Below are positions 8,119 to 15,552 of a stretch of 29,683 nt of DNA, one piece after another. Position numbers and translations under genes: made by a program. Below the pieces are notes generated by a model. It was not told the DNA's origin. It was given only the letters and a program-made list of their open reading frames with translations, and did not search any database. Origin of the DNA: Candidatus Altarchaeum sp. (GTDB lineage: Archaea; Altiarchaeota; Altiarchaeia; Altiarchaeales; Altiarchaeaceae); assembly GCA_018260615.1 (NCBI GenBank), contig JAGWDQ010000104.1, forward strand, positions 1,845-31,527, given 5' to 3'. Each line of letters starts with the position of its first letter. Position 1 is the first letter of the stretch.

Positions 8119-9304
8119 AGTTGTATCAGTAATGCTAAGTTCGGCGAGTGCTGCAGATTTAAAAATTACTTATGTTGATGAAGTCCCCGCAGATGCTGAA
8201 GCAGATGGTGCATGGTCTGGTGCATGGTGGTCTGGAGAATATGGATGGCCCAGTATGAAATTGAATCCCACAGAATCAAATTTTATGAGTTATCTTGCAA
8301 GCTATGATTCTGTATTTTTTTCAGGACATGGTAATGACGATTGTATTGGTGGAAATCATCCGAACGGATTTAGCGGACAAGTAATGTGCTCAAACGAAAT
8401 TAATAGTTGCCAAGCCACAAATGAAGTTACTTTGATGACCTGTGAGTCATATAATGACTTTGGAGATGAACTTATAGATTCTGGCACTAGTTGTGTTGTT
8501 GGGTGGCCAGGCATCTTAAGTGCAAATCAACAAACTGGATCAGATTGGGCGTGGTATTTTTACTATTGTGCTCAATATTCAACTGATTCTGGCACATGTG
8601 AAAACTGGGCATCAGCAAATAGCGGACTATCTGGTTCTGCATCAAAAGGGAGCTGTTCAAACACACATGGAACATCGACTGGTAAGACAAATCTAAAGGA
8701 GAGTGAGACAAATCTAAATGAGAACAAGGATGCAAAAAAGAACAAACCACATATATCTAACATACCGGTTAAATTTAAGAGGTTATATGATGAGCAAGGA
8801 AATGTTACTATAACTGCAGAGGCCAATGATGGCAAAGTAATCTCTTACTTAAATGTAGCTAAATATAAAAACAAAGGTACAAAAAATATTACAAAGGAGA
8901 GAGCATTGGATATTGCTAAAGAAAAGATAAAAGTGCCTAAAGATTATGTATTGACTGAAACCGAAGATGAGGATAATAGTTACAATTTCATGTTTAACAG
9001 AGTTATTGATAACATATCACTAAAAAGTGATTGGATATGGGTGTCAGTAAACAAGGGAGCAGGAGAGATTTCTATGTGGTCAAAAGTATATCATGAAGAA
9101 TTGCCTGATTTAAAACCAACAATTTCAAAAGAGGGAGCCATTAAAATAGCCAATGAAGAGTTCAATGGTGGTGCGGAAATATCAGAACTTACCGTAGTGG
9201 GTTGTGACGAGGATGCACTCTGTTTAGCATGGTTGGTTGTAGATAGTGATAGTAAACTATACAATTACATATATTTAGATGCGCACACAGGCAAACGAAT
9301 TTAG
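8075..9304 (+). CDS. Cassette B variable secreted protein: putative clan-CD (caspase/gingipain-like) His-Cys domain plus PepSY-like C-terminal domains
   Basis: Shared leader, cleavage ASA-A; VFFSGHG and TLMTCES followed by CVVGW; C-terminal ITKERALDIAKE, ISKEGAIKIANE and WLV...IYLDAHTGK. Confidence 0.6.
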   Translation: MDKLKTGFLVVLVGIVVSVMLSSASAADLKITYVDEVPADAEADGAWSGAWWSGEYGWPSMKLNPTESNFMSYLASYDSVFFSGHGNDDCIGGNHPNGFSGQVMCSNEINSCQATNEVTLMTCESYNDFGDELIDSGTSCVVGWPGILSANQQTGSDWAWYFYYCAQYSTDSGTCENWASANSGLSGSASKGSCSNTHGTSTGKTNLKESETNLNENKDAKKNKPHISNIPVKFKRLYDEQGNVTITAEANDGKVISYLNVAKYKNKGTKNITKERALDIAKEKIKVPKDYVLTETEDEDNSYNFMFNRVIDNISLKSDWIWVSVNKGAGEISMWSKVYHEELPDLKPTISKEGAIKIANEEFNGGAEISELTVVGCDEDALCLAWLVVDSDSKLYNYIYLDAHTGKRI

Positions 9305-9399
9305 TAATATATTAGTGAAAACAAGCGAAACACTGCACAAAGACATGGGAGAGGTATACTCCCCTCTTTATTTCTTTCTTTTTTAAAAAGATATTAAAA

Positions 9400-9864
9400 A
9401 TGAATCTAAAATTAAAAATATTAATCATAAGTATTGGAATCGTTATATCAATATTGATCAGTGGATGCGTAGAAGAGAAGCCAGAAGAAAAAATAAAAAT
9501 AACAATCATGACACAATGTAAAGACAATACAACAAAAATACTAATGTATGATGGTGAAAATTATGATAAGATTTTAAATGAATCTATGAAAATTGTTAAT
9601 TCAGCAAGCAAAAAAATACAGTTGCTTGTCCCAGAAGAAATAAAAAATGAAACAATATCAGAATCTTGCGTAGAACTAACATTTTCAAAGACCATAAATA
9701 TATCCACTCGCGAAGTAGAGAATTTTAGTGCGAAAAAAATTATTATTGTGTTATCTGGAAAATACAAAGATATGATATTTATATATGATGGAAAATATTG
9801 GAATACTCAAGGGTCTGATGTTAGTACAGATAGACTGCTCTCTTTAACCAAATGTTATCTTTAA
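9400..9864 (+). CDS. Putative lipoprotein, cassette B partner gene
   Basis: Basic N-terminus, hydrophobic stretch and lipobox-like ISGC; directly follows the secreted protease-like gene. Confidence 0.7.
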   Translation: MNLKLKILIISIGIVISILISGCVEEKPEEKIKITIMTQCKDNTTKILMYDGENYDKILNESMKIVNSASKKIQLLVPEEIKNETISESCVELTFSKTINISTREVENFSAKKIIIVLSGKYKDMIFIYDGKYWNTQGSDVSTDRLLSLTKCYL

Positions 9865-10076
9865 TCTTTTGTAGTTATTTAAAAACTTTGTTTTAAATTT
9901 TCGAATAACACTGTGGGAGATTTTCACATTTTTACGCATATTTGACTTTTAGGTTTGTGTTGTTAATTTGTAGCTATTCAGCTACCTAATAGGGATAATT
10001 TAAAAATCTTGTAGATTTTCAATAAATTTTTCATCAGAAGTTTTTATTTTTATCTTTGCATTGTTAATTTGTATTC

Positions 10077-10673
10077 TTGGAATGTTTGGTTGTATTTACA
10101 GCAGTTGAAAAGGACGACGAGAAAAACAAGACCGAAATTTTAAACAAAACAATAGACAATATTATGGATGTTTATGGCAAGATTAATGCAAAATCCGTTG
10201 TAATTTATCCTTATGCTCATTTGTCAAGTGATCTGGCAAGTCCGAAATTTGCAAAGGAAATGCTTCAGAATATTTATGAAAATTTAAAGGGACAAAATTT
10301 AGATGTAATTAAGGCACCGTTCGGATATTATAGGGGCTTTGAAGTCAAATGCAATGATGGGAATTCGCATCCGCTTAGTAAATTATGTGAATCATGCAAA
10401 ACCAAAGTTGAAAAAGAAAACACAGAAATTAAGATAACACAAGGAATGGAAAATGTAATGAAAGTATTATCTTATAATGACGTTGTGGTGGTTAAAACAC
10501 TATTGTTTCATGGATGTATGAGGAGAAGAAATGAAATTGCAAGAGGAACCGGAATTTCAAGGTCAAGTTTATCTAATACATTAAGAAAATTGGAAGAAAA
10601 TAAAGTTGTTGAAATAGACCGAACATTTAGGGCTCACACAATAAAACTAACTGGCTGGTTTAAATCATTATGA
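10077..10673 (+). CDS. Cassette C: 5'-truncated ThrRS editing domain-wHTH fusion (possible TTG start; may be a pseudogene)
   Basis: 10046-10079 equals thrS upstream 12071-12104, then jumps to thrS codon 35 (ECL), so the ATG and first 34 codons are deleted. The rest is in frame to the wHTH stop. Confidence 0.7.
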   Translation: MECLVVFTAVEKDDEKNKTEILNKTIDNIMDVYGKINAKSVVIYPYAHLSSDLASPKFAKEMLQNIYENLKGQNLDVIKAPFGYYRGFEVKCNDGNSHPLSKLCESCKTKVEKENTEIKITQGMENVMKVLSYNDVVVVKTLLFHGCMRRRNEIARGTGISRSSLSNTLRKLEENKVVEIDRTFRAHTIKLTGWFKSL

Positions 10674-10836
10674 ATCATAAAAAACCAAAACAATAAATGG
10701 AACAAAAGTTCATATCACATTTAATTTATTGTTCGGTACTATTTATATATCAATTAATAAAAAATAAAATTAAAACATAAAAAAGTAAGAAGATGGATAA
10801 ATTAAAAACAGGGTTTTTGGTGGTGTTGGTTGGAAT
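10367..10836 (+). repeat. 470-bp invariant cassette core, copy C
   Basis: Identical by eye to 3338-3807 and 7649-8118. Confidence 0.95.
10689..10749 (+). promoter_or_regulatory. Putative operator plus TATA box (copy C)
   Basis: Same inverted repeat and TTTATATA as 3660-3720. Confidence 0.55.
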
Positions 10837-11056
10837 GATGGTGATCGGAGCAATAGCAAGCGGGGTAGGTGCAGATTATGCATTTTGTAAGTATCATAAT
10901 GGTGGGAGTAGTATAGGATCCTATTGTGATGCGTATACAGATTGTGGAAACGGTTATTGTATAAATAGCATTGCGTGTGATGATTGGATGTCTAACCAAC
11001 ACATAACTTTTTGTATATATGGGCAAACTTATTACTACTTTGGGTTCAACTGTTAA
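10793..11056 (+). CDS. Cassette C variable secreted Cys/Tyr-rich peptide (87 aa, ~60 aa mature, 7 Cys)
   Basis: Shared leader, probable cleavage VGA-D. It shares only CK and YCD.Y motifs with the cassette A mature peptide. Confidence 0.8.
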   Translation: MDKLKTGFLVVLVGMMVIGAIASGVGADYAFCKYHNGGSSIGSYCDAYTDCGNGYCINSIACDDWMSNQHITFCIYGQTYYYFGFNC

Positions 11057-11158
11057 TAGTAATAGAAAAGAGGTATTTGTAAAAACTACAGAAAAATTCA
11101 ATATTTTTTTATTTTATTTTTTATTTTTTGACTTCTAATTCTAATATTTATTTTAAAA

Positions 11159-12034
11159 ATGGAAAAAAAGAAAGTAAATAATTTTGTTATTGGTTTTATT
11201 GTAATTGTCGTGTTAATTTCAACATATTTAATATTGAATCATAACGCTGAAATAGAGCATTCAAATACAACAAACAGTTCGGTAAACATAGTCAACAGCT
11301 CTATTGAAAAGTATGTGGATTTCACAGAAAATGTAAAAGAAAACGCAAAAGAAATAAACTTTACTATATCTGAACACAATATAAAACCACAGTTTAAGGT
11401 TGGAGATAAATTTAAATATACAATACACGGTTCTTCGCTTAATCCAAAGAATAATTCTGCAGACATAAATGGTATTTTAGAATGCAATGTTGAAAAATTG
11501 GAAAGGATTAATGGAAAGGATTGCTATTTGCTTGTTTCAAAAACACAAACATCTCTACCAGATAATTCTCCACTTAAAGCAATTCTTTCAGAAACAAAAC
11601 ATTGGGTAGACAAAGATACGGGAAAAATCATAAAAACGAGTATACAAGAGAGCATGATTCAGCAGAAAGGAAAAGTAATAGAAATGCCTTCTTCAGAAGC
11701 AACAATACCTAATGAAACATCTGATATATATGGAAATATTATGTATTATCCTTGGATGTTAGCATTAGATGATAATTTTGAAATGAAAGTTAATGAAAAT
11801 AGTCAGGGTATAAAAACTTCTTTTGTAAGTGTGTTTAAGGTGATTGGAAAAGAAAAAATAAATGACAGAGATTGTTTTAAAGTTGAGTTGAGGGTATTAG
11901 ATGAAAATAAGCATGTTCTTCTGCGAGAAAATATATGGGTTGATATAAAAAAAAGGGTTTTAGTAAAGGCAGAAACATACTCTGAAAACTTAAAAGTTGG
12001 AGAGGTAAATTTGATAGATTATTCTAGCATTTAG
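11159..12034 (+). CDS. Membrane-anchored LolA-like repeat protein; paralog of 4351-5235
   Basis: TM helix; KPQFKVGDKFKY, VEKLERINGKDCYLL, WVDKDTGKII, EKINDRDCFKVE, IWVDIKKR. Confidence 0.7.
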   Translation: MEKKKVNNFVIGFIVIVVLISTYLILNHNAEIEHSNTTNSSVNIVNSSIEKYVDFTENVKENAKEINFTISEHNIKPQFKVGDKFKYTIHGSSLNPKNNSADINGILECNVEKLERINGKDCYLLVSKTQTSLPDNSPLKAILSETKHWVDKDTGKIIKTSIQESMIQQKGKVIEMPSSEATIPNETSDIYGNIMYYPWMLALDDNFEMKVNENSQGIKTSFVSVFKVIGKEKINDRDCFKVELRVLDENKHVLLRENIWVDIKKRVLVKAETYSENLKVGEVNLIDYSSI

Positions 12035-12151
12035 GAAATTTTTGAATGATGGACTTTATTACACTTTTTGATTTTTATCTTTGCATTGTTAATTTGTATT
12101 CTTGTATTCATAATTACTATTAAATTTTTAAATTTTAAATATTATTTTAGA

Positions 12152-14071
12152 ATGAAAATTTTGTTTATCCATGCGGACTACATAAAGATAGAGGTTAAGA
12201 AAAAAGCAATCGCAGATGCAGATGAAATAAATGAGAAAAATTTGGAAGCAAAAGAATGTTTAATTGTATTTACAGCAGTTGAAAAGGACGACGAGAAAAA
12301 CAAGACCGAAATTTTAAACAAAACAATAGACAATATTAAGGATGTTTATAGCAAGGTTAATGCAAAAAGTATAGTTGTTTATCCTTATGCCCACCTTTCA
12401 GGCAATCTGGCAAGTCCGAAATTTGCAAAGGAAATGCTTCGGGATATCTATGAAAATTTAAAACAACAAAATTTAGGTGTAATTAAGGCACCGTTCGGAT
12501 ATTATAAGGGATTTGAAGTCAAATGTAAGGGACATCCGCTCAGCGAATTAAGCAGAGAAATTAAGGTTGAGGAAAAGGAGGAGGGAAAGGAAAAAGAAAG
12601 GGCTGTTGTTAAGGAAGAAACAAAAATCACAAGAGAGGATGTTGTAAAAGATATAAAATCAGAGTTTTTTGTTCTGGCACCGACAGGAGAGGAATACAAA
12701 ATTGACATGGAAAATTTAAAGGAAAATTTAGACAGGTATGAAATTTTTAACAAATTTCCGACATTAAAGAAGTATATAGTGGCAGAGGAATTGAAGAATG
12801 TGTCATCGGCAGAACCGCCTTCAATAAAGGCAATGGTGCATCTGGAATTGATTGATTATGAGGGAGCAAGTGATTCGGGAAATTTTCGTTTTTATCCGAA
12901 AGGAAATTTAATATTTGATTTGTTAAGCGACTGGGCAGAGGAAATTGCTTTGGAGCGTTTAGGTGCAATGAAGATTGAAACCCCCATCATCTATGACTGG
13001 AGTATGCCTGACATCAGAGAGCAGGGACAGTCATTTCATGAAAGACATTATATGGTAAAAGTTCCGGATGATGAAAATAAGGAATTTGTTTTGAGATTTG
13101 CGGGTGATTTCGGATTGTTCAGGATTATGAAGCAGATAAATATGAGTTATGACCAGTTACCCATAAGAATGTATGAATTTTCAAAGAGTTTCAGGTATGA
13201 AAAGAAAGGAGAGTTAAGCGGACTGAGAAGATTGCGGGCATTCCACATGCCTGATGTGCATTCTTTCTGCAGGGATATTGAACAGGGCTGGGACGAATAT
13301 GAAAATTTATATAAAAGTTATAACGATCTGGCAAACGCAACGGGAATTGAATATGCGGTTGTTTTCAGGATTGTTAAGGAATTTTACGACAAGTATAAAG
13401 AGCGACTTATAAATTTACTCAAATACTCGGATAAGCCGGCATTTATTGAGGTCTTATCAGCAATGAAACATTACTGGGCGGTTAAGCACGAATTTCAGGG
13501 AATTGATTCTGTTGACGGAAACTGTCAGTTAAGCACAGTTCAGCTGGATGTTAAAGATGCAAGTACCTACGGAATAAATTTTGTTGATAATGACGGGAAG
13601 AAAAAGGGCTGCACAATTTGTCATTCGTCAATCGGCTCAATTGAAAGATGGATGTTTGAAATTCTGGAAAACGCTCTGAAGTCAGAAAAACCAATGCTTC
13701 CGTTATGGCTCTCGCCTACGCAATGCAGAATCATTCCCGTCTCAAAGGAATTTTTAAATTTTTCCGATGAAATTATGCGTGAAATTGAAAAAGCAGACAT
13801 CAGGATTGATATTGATGACCGAAATGAAACATTAAGTGCAAAAATCAGAAAGGCAGAGCGGGAATGGACTCCGTATATTGTTGTAATCGGAGAAAAAGAA
13901 AGGGAAAGCAAAAAATTTTCAGTAAGGCGGAGAGAGGATAATCAAAATTTAAATCCGGGAATTTCAGAACTGGCTGATGAAATTAAAAGCAAAACAAAAG
14001 GAATGCCATTCAGGAAATCAAACCTTTCAAAATATTTGTCAAAGAGGCCTATTTTTGTCGGATATACTTAA
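12152..14071 (+). CDS. thrS: Threonine--tRNA ligase, archaeal type with N-terminal editing domain (639 aa)
   Basis: Editing-domain motifs HADY, YPYAHLS and APFGYYKGF..CKGHPLSEL; class II motifs FRYEKKGELSGLRRLRAFHMPDVH and SIGSIERW; anticodon-binding PLWLSPTQ...IVVIGEKE. ATG 12152 is preferred to the ORF-track start 12068. Confidence 0.97.
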   Translation: MKILFIHADYIKIEVKKKAIADADEINEKNLEAKECLIVFTAVEKDDEKNKTEILNKTIDNIKDVYSKVNAKSIVVYPYAHLSGNLASPKFAKEMLRDIYENLKQQNLGVIKAPFGYYKGFEVKCKGHPLSELSREIKVEEKEEGKEKERAVVKEETKITREDVVKDIKSEFFVLAPTGEEYKIDMENLKENLDRYEIFNKFPTLKKYIVAEELKNVSSAEPPSIKAMVHLELIDYEGASDSGNFRFYPKGNLIFDLLSDWAEEIALERLGAMKIETPIIYDWSMPDIREQGQSFHERHYMVKVPDDENKEFVLRFAGDFGLFRIMKQINMSYDQLPIRMYEFSKSFRYEKKGELSGLRRLRAFHMPDVHSFCRDIEQGWDEYENLYKSYNDLANATGIEYAVVFRIVKEFYDKYKERLINLLKYSDKPAFIEVLSAMKHYWAVKHEFQGIDSVDGNCQLSTVQLDVKDASTYGINFVDNDGKKKGCTICHSSIGSIERWMFEILENALKSEKPMLPLWLSPTQCRIIPVSKEFLNFSDEIMREIEKADIRIDIDDRNETLSAKIRKAEREWTPYIVVIGEKERESKKFSVRRREDNQNLNPGISELADEIKSKTKGMPFRKSNLSKYLSKRPIFVGYT

Positions 14072-14322
14072 ATTTAGGGAATTTTTCATACTTATAATGC
14101 AGGCATTTGCTTTTGGCGTTTAGAGTTGTTATTGGATTGGCTGATTTCGTGGGTATGGGGCGATAATAAGCAAGAGGTTGTTTCTTTTTATTTTATGTAG
14201 TTTTTTATTTCTTTTTAAAATCATATAAATTATTATCATATAAATTTATATGAAAATGGAAATTGGTGGTGCTAAATAAGTTATATATATGAAAAGGTTA
14301 AAATGCATAATCAACTATTAAA

Positions 14323-14541
14323 ATGCAAAACAAAGAATCAAAATTTAACCCGATAAAATGGGCTGGCGGTGGCATATTGTTCCTTATTTTAGGAATTCTG
14401 TTTCTTATTATTGCAGTAGGCATTTTCGGTTTTGATAGCCCGGGATTAGCCATTGTTTTATCAGGTGCTGGTTTTGTTTTATCAGGTGCTGGTTTTGTTT
14501 TGATTGTATTAGCAACAGCAATTTATCTTTTCCGCCATTAA
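14323..14541 (+). CDS. Small two-helix membrane protein
   Basis: 72 aa, mostly hydrophobic; TATA-like ttatatatat at 14281. Confidence 0.55.
   Translation: MQNKESKFNPIKWAGGGILFLILGILFLIIAVGIFGFDSPGLAIVLSGAGFVLSGAGFVLIVLATAIYLFRH
14454..14501 (+). repeat. 21-bp in-frame tandem repeat (x2.3) encoding VLSGAGF twice
   Basis: tgttttatcaggtgctggttt at 14454-14474 and 14475-14495, plus a partial third unit. Confidence 0.9.
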
Positions 14542-14603
14542 AAATTTATGAATAAATATTTTCAAAACATATTTATTAATCTCATTTATTTATAATTTGA
14601 AAA

Positions 14604-14873
14604 ATGACAACTATGTACATTACGGCAAATATAAAAATAGAGCGCATGGAAGAAGAAGAAGGGAAAGTATATTATTTGGCAACATCCGATGAGATTCAGG
14701 GATTGACTGTACAGGCAGATACACTTTCGGAATGTATTGAAATCGCAGAGGAGTCCATAAAGGAGCTAATAGATATTCATAAAAAACTTGGCAATCCGAT
14801 TCCAATTCACACGACCGGAAAAGAAATTGTTGAAGTAAAAAATTTTACAATACCTTTGGCTGTGCCTGCATAA
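14604..14873 (+). CDS. hicB: HicB-family antitoxin
   Basis: YLATSDEIQGLTVQADTLSECIEIAEESIKELI fits the HicB fold pattern, and the gene lies directly upstream of a hicA-like gene. Confidence 0.8.
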   Translation: MTTMYITANIKIERMEEEEGKVYYLATSDEIQGLTVQADTLSECIEIAEESIKELIDIHKKLGNPIPIHTTGKEIVEVKNFTIPLAVPA

Positions 14874-14887
14874 GGTATTAAATTACG

Positions 14888-15116
14888 ATGCCAAAACTAC
14901 CTGTTCTCAACTACACACAACTTATCAAGAAGGTCAAAAAAGCCGGCTTTGTTTTTGAAAGACAAGGAAAAGGAAGTCATGAGTTTTGGGTTAATTATGA
15001 GACAAAAAGAATCGTCATGGTGCCAAGACATCCCGCAAAAAACCATTCCGACAGGGACATTAAAAAGCATCATCAGGGAATCCGGACTCAGTGTTGACGA
15101 ATTCTTAAAATTATAA
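14888..15116 (+). pseudogene. hicA: HicA-family mRNA interferase with a 1-bp frameshift
   Basis: KKAGFVFERQGKGSHEFW..VMVPRH. Removing one A from the A6 run at 15037-15042 restores HPAKTIPTGTLKSIIRESGLSVDEFLKL* (75 aa). Confidence 0.85.
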
Positions 15117-15156
15117 TGTGGCAATTCTGTTTTTGACAAGATTGATTGTCTCTTTA

Positions 15157-15275
15157 AATTCTTAAATTTTCGCCATATCAATCTGATAATAAATGACATC
15201 ACTGTCCTTATCCACAAGAGCATAAACTAAATTTTTATTCACCGCCTTTGCGAGCCGAATATTTCCCGCGATTTC
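15157..15275 (-). repeat. 119-bp direct-repeat copy of the endA 3' end
   Basis: Matches 17371-17489 (offset 2214) with 2 mismatches and includes the endA stop codon. Confidence 0.93.
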
Positions 15276-15422
15276 ATGCAGCGGCATAATCAGGATAGAA
15301 AGGAACACTTTGCGTTATTTTCAAAGTCGGGCTTTGAGGATGAATTGCGAAATGCGGCATTAAAGAATAAAGAACCGGTCTTATTGTTTGACCTTAATGA
15401 TTTATCAAAGGAATTTGAATAA
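15276..15422 (+). pseudogene. 3' remnant (48 codons) of an ATPase-DUF234 paralog
   Basis: MQRHNQDRKEHFALFSKSGFEDELRNAALKNKEPVLLFDLNDLSKEFE*. DNA 15277-15338 nearly equals 16817-16878 in the neighbouring ATPase gene. Confidence 0.85.
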
Positions 15423-15552
15423 ACCGCTAAAAATCCCGGAATAGTGTTCGCGATAGTATCATTATTTTGGAGCTTTTGACCTGGAGCATTGTTAAAATAA
15501 TATATTTAAAACTTATTTATTTACTTAAAAGTAATTTACTTTAAAGATAACT

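Noticed and set aside
3338-10836. Diversity-generating retroelement as the source of variability
   Set aside because: No reverse transcriptase is in the window. The core repeats are identical, the thrS-copy mismatches are not adenine-specific, and the variable bodies differ in length and are not alignable as TR/VR pairs.
12068-12151. 28-aa hydrophobic N-terminal extension of ThrRS (ORF-track start 12068; similarly 2469)
   Set aside because: It is AT-rich upstream sequence with a TTG start. ThrRS homology and the other copies begin at MKIL (12152, 2490, 7260, 49).
15036-15043. Programmed -1 frameshift at A AAA AAC in hicA
   Set aside because: The -1 frame stops after a few codons (PFRQGH*). 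Restoring HicA needs a +1 shift, so a simple extra A is the better explanation.
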